64,000 bases of DNA from Cyanophora paradoxa CCMP329 (Eukaryota > Plantae > Glaucophyta). Shown piece after piece: positions 62,656-64,000 of this stretch. Numbering within the stretch: the first letter of the stretch is position 1; each line of letters begins with the position of its first letter. A program made the translations under genes and the position numbers. Where the stretch lies: NCBI GenBank assembly GCA_004431415.1, contig QPMI01000415.1, positions 241,823-305,822 on the forward strand. The letters are read 5' to 3'. The notes beneath the pieces are model-generated. The model had not been told where the DNA came from, ran no database searches, and saw nothing but the letters and a program-made list of their open reading frames with translations.

Positions 62656-64000
62656 TTCAGCTTCGCATTAGCCGCGTCCGGGGGATGTGCTAGGACGGGG
62701 ATCTGGAGCACATCACGATGGCGGCGAGCGTCAATACGGTCAGCGGTGTAGAGGGAGGGAGGGTATAGCGTTAGAAGGGACGAGGCCGCCGTGACTAGTG
62801 TCGGGGAGGAGAGGGCAGCGGCGGCGGTAGCGACTGCAGCGGCCGTAGCTGTGCTGGGCTCAATGTCCGCAAGAGCGACGGGGACAAGGGCGGCGAGGAG
62901 AGCACAAAGGAGGAGGCGCGCGGGGAGAGGGGCCGGGCGGCTGAAGGTCCGTTGGACTTGTGGGGCGCGGCGCGCAGGCCGGCCCAGGAGTTCGAGACCG
63001 GCGTCATGCGGCGCAGCGTCCGTGGCGCCGGCGTCAGCGGGGCCAGCGCTGGCGTGCACGTAGGCACTGGCGCGGAAGCTAACTGCGAGGTACGCGGCCG
63101 TGCGCGTGGCTGGTACGCGTCCGGGTCCGTACAGCGGGGCTCGTACGACAGCTCTCGGCGTCATGCAGCGCGGCGTCCGCGGCCGAGCTCGAGGCGCCGG
63201 CGTTGGCGGGCTAGCACTAGCGTGGGCGCCGGAGCTAGCTGCGAAACCTGCAGTGGTAGTATCGGTGCTATAGCTAGGCGCCGGCACGCGACCGTACGCA
63301 GGGTTGGTGGTACTAGCTATAGTGCAGCTATTAAAGCGCCAATCGCGGATTGCGGAGGTATTGGGCCGCTTCGAATCATTGCCCGACTCACCGGTCGCAT
63401 GAATAGAAAAAACTGTTCGCGTTGGAGTTTTTTGACGGCACGCGGCGGGGGTACCGGTAGGCGCAGTTTCGTCCGGGGCCCTGAGACGTTCCGAACGGAA
63501 GGGGAGGCTCCACCGGCCACTGCAGTAGGCGGCGGCGCTGATGTGGCTTCCGTGCTCCAGTCCAGCGATCATGTTCTGGAGCATGCCGTAGCGCGGTCTA
63601 GCGAACGTGGTCCAGGAGGTGCTCCAGATGTAGACACGGCGACTGAGCTGCGAAAGTACTTGCGCGGCCTGCTGGATGCCGAGGCGAACAGCGCGGCGTG
63701 GAGCGGCAGCGACAGTAGCATCAGTACGGGGATTGGCCTCTCGCTGCGGGCCTGGAGACGCGCTCGCGCGGCGTTGCAGGGACCTCCGGGACACTTCTGC
63801 ACATCGAGGTTTGTTCTAGGGTCGGACAGTCGGCTCGGGAGGCGACAGCGTTCTGGGGGGGCCGACAGCGTCTGCAGGTCGAACGGAGGCGAGACAGGCG
63901 GCGCGATGGGCCCGGCGGCGGCTTCACTTCAGGTCCAGGTCCGTCAGCACGGGCGCGGCGCGGCAGCGGGGCGGCCGACAGCGTCTGCAGGTCGCGCGGC

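Larger units (their letters stand above)
51024..64000 (-). mobile_element. Giant non-LTR retrotransposon (APE - RT - RNase H with internal protease insert - CCHC finger); several frameshifts; 5' end at or beyond the window edge
   Basis: Poly(A) tail appears as T11 at 51024-51034. It is intronless, unlike host genes. Domain motifs are listed in the sub-features below, and a second copy of its 3' end is at 42616. Confidence 0.95.

Noticed and set aside
62850-62920. Hydrophobic LLLCALLAALVPVALADIEPS before the APE domain, resembling the 2A-like peptides of some LINEs
   Set aside because: Has DIE but lacks the essential NPGP, so ribosome skipping is unsupported.
1-64000. tRNA, rRNA or snRNA genes
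   Set aside because: None recognised by eye. tRNAscan-SE or Infernal would be needed to exclude them.

Overview
GC-rich, intron-dense eukaryotic nuclear DNA. It is most likely a primary-plastid alga, probably a glaucophyte such as Cyanophora; this is inferred from a Phe-starting plastid transit peptide with no signal peptide. I spliced the genes by eye, since most entries in the ORF track are shadow ORFs. Genes in order: purple acid phosphatase (-, runs off the left edge), plastid YebC/TACO1 (+), a TIR-TIR-acidic-UBR box-PHD (UBR7-like) fusion (-), a roughly 12 kb multi-exon secreted Cys/Gly-repeat protein (-), two unknown proteins head-to-head, a multi-TM class I cyclic-nucleotide phosphodiesterase (+), a GPI-anchored (SP)n glycoprotein (-), a lipocalin (+) and a MARCH/Doa10-type RING-CH ligase (-). 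The last 13 kb is a giant non-LTR retrotransposon (-) with APE, RT, RNase H and a CCHC finger. Its RNase H is split by an insert of about 1,180 codons carrying an unknown domain and two Ulp1/C48-like protease domains, one with an intact-looking triad and one dead. A 5'-truncated, 5'-inverted copy of the same element lies at 42.6-43.2 kb. The two best candidates for undescribed biology are the protease-split RNase H LINE and the TIR-UBR7 fusion. Exon boundaries are approximate, and homopolymer frameshifts may be assembly errors.
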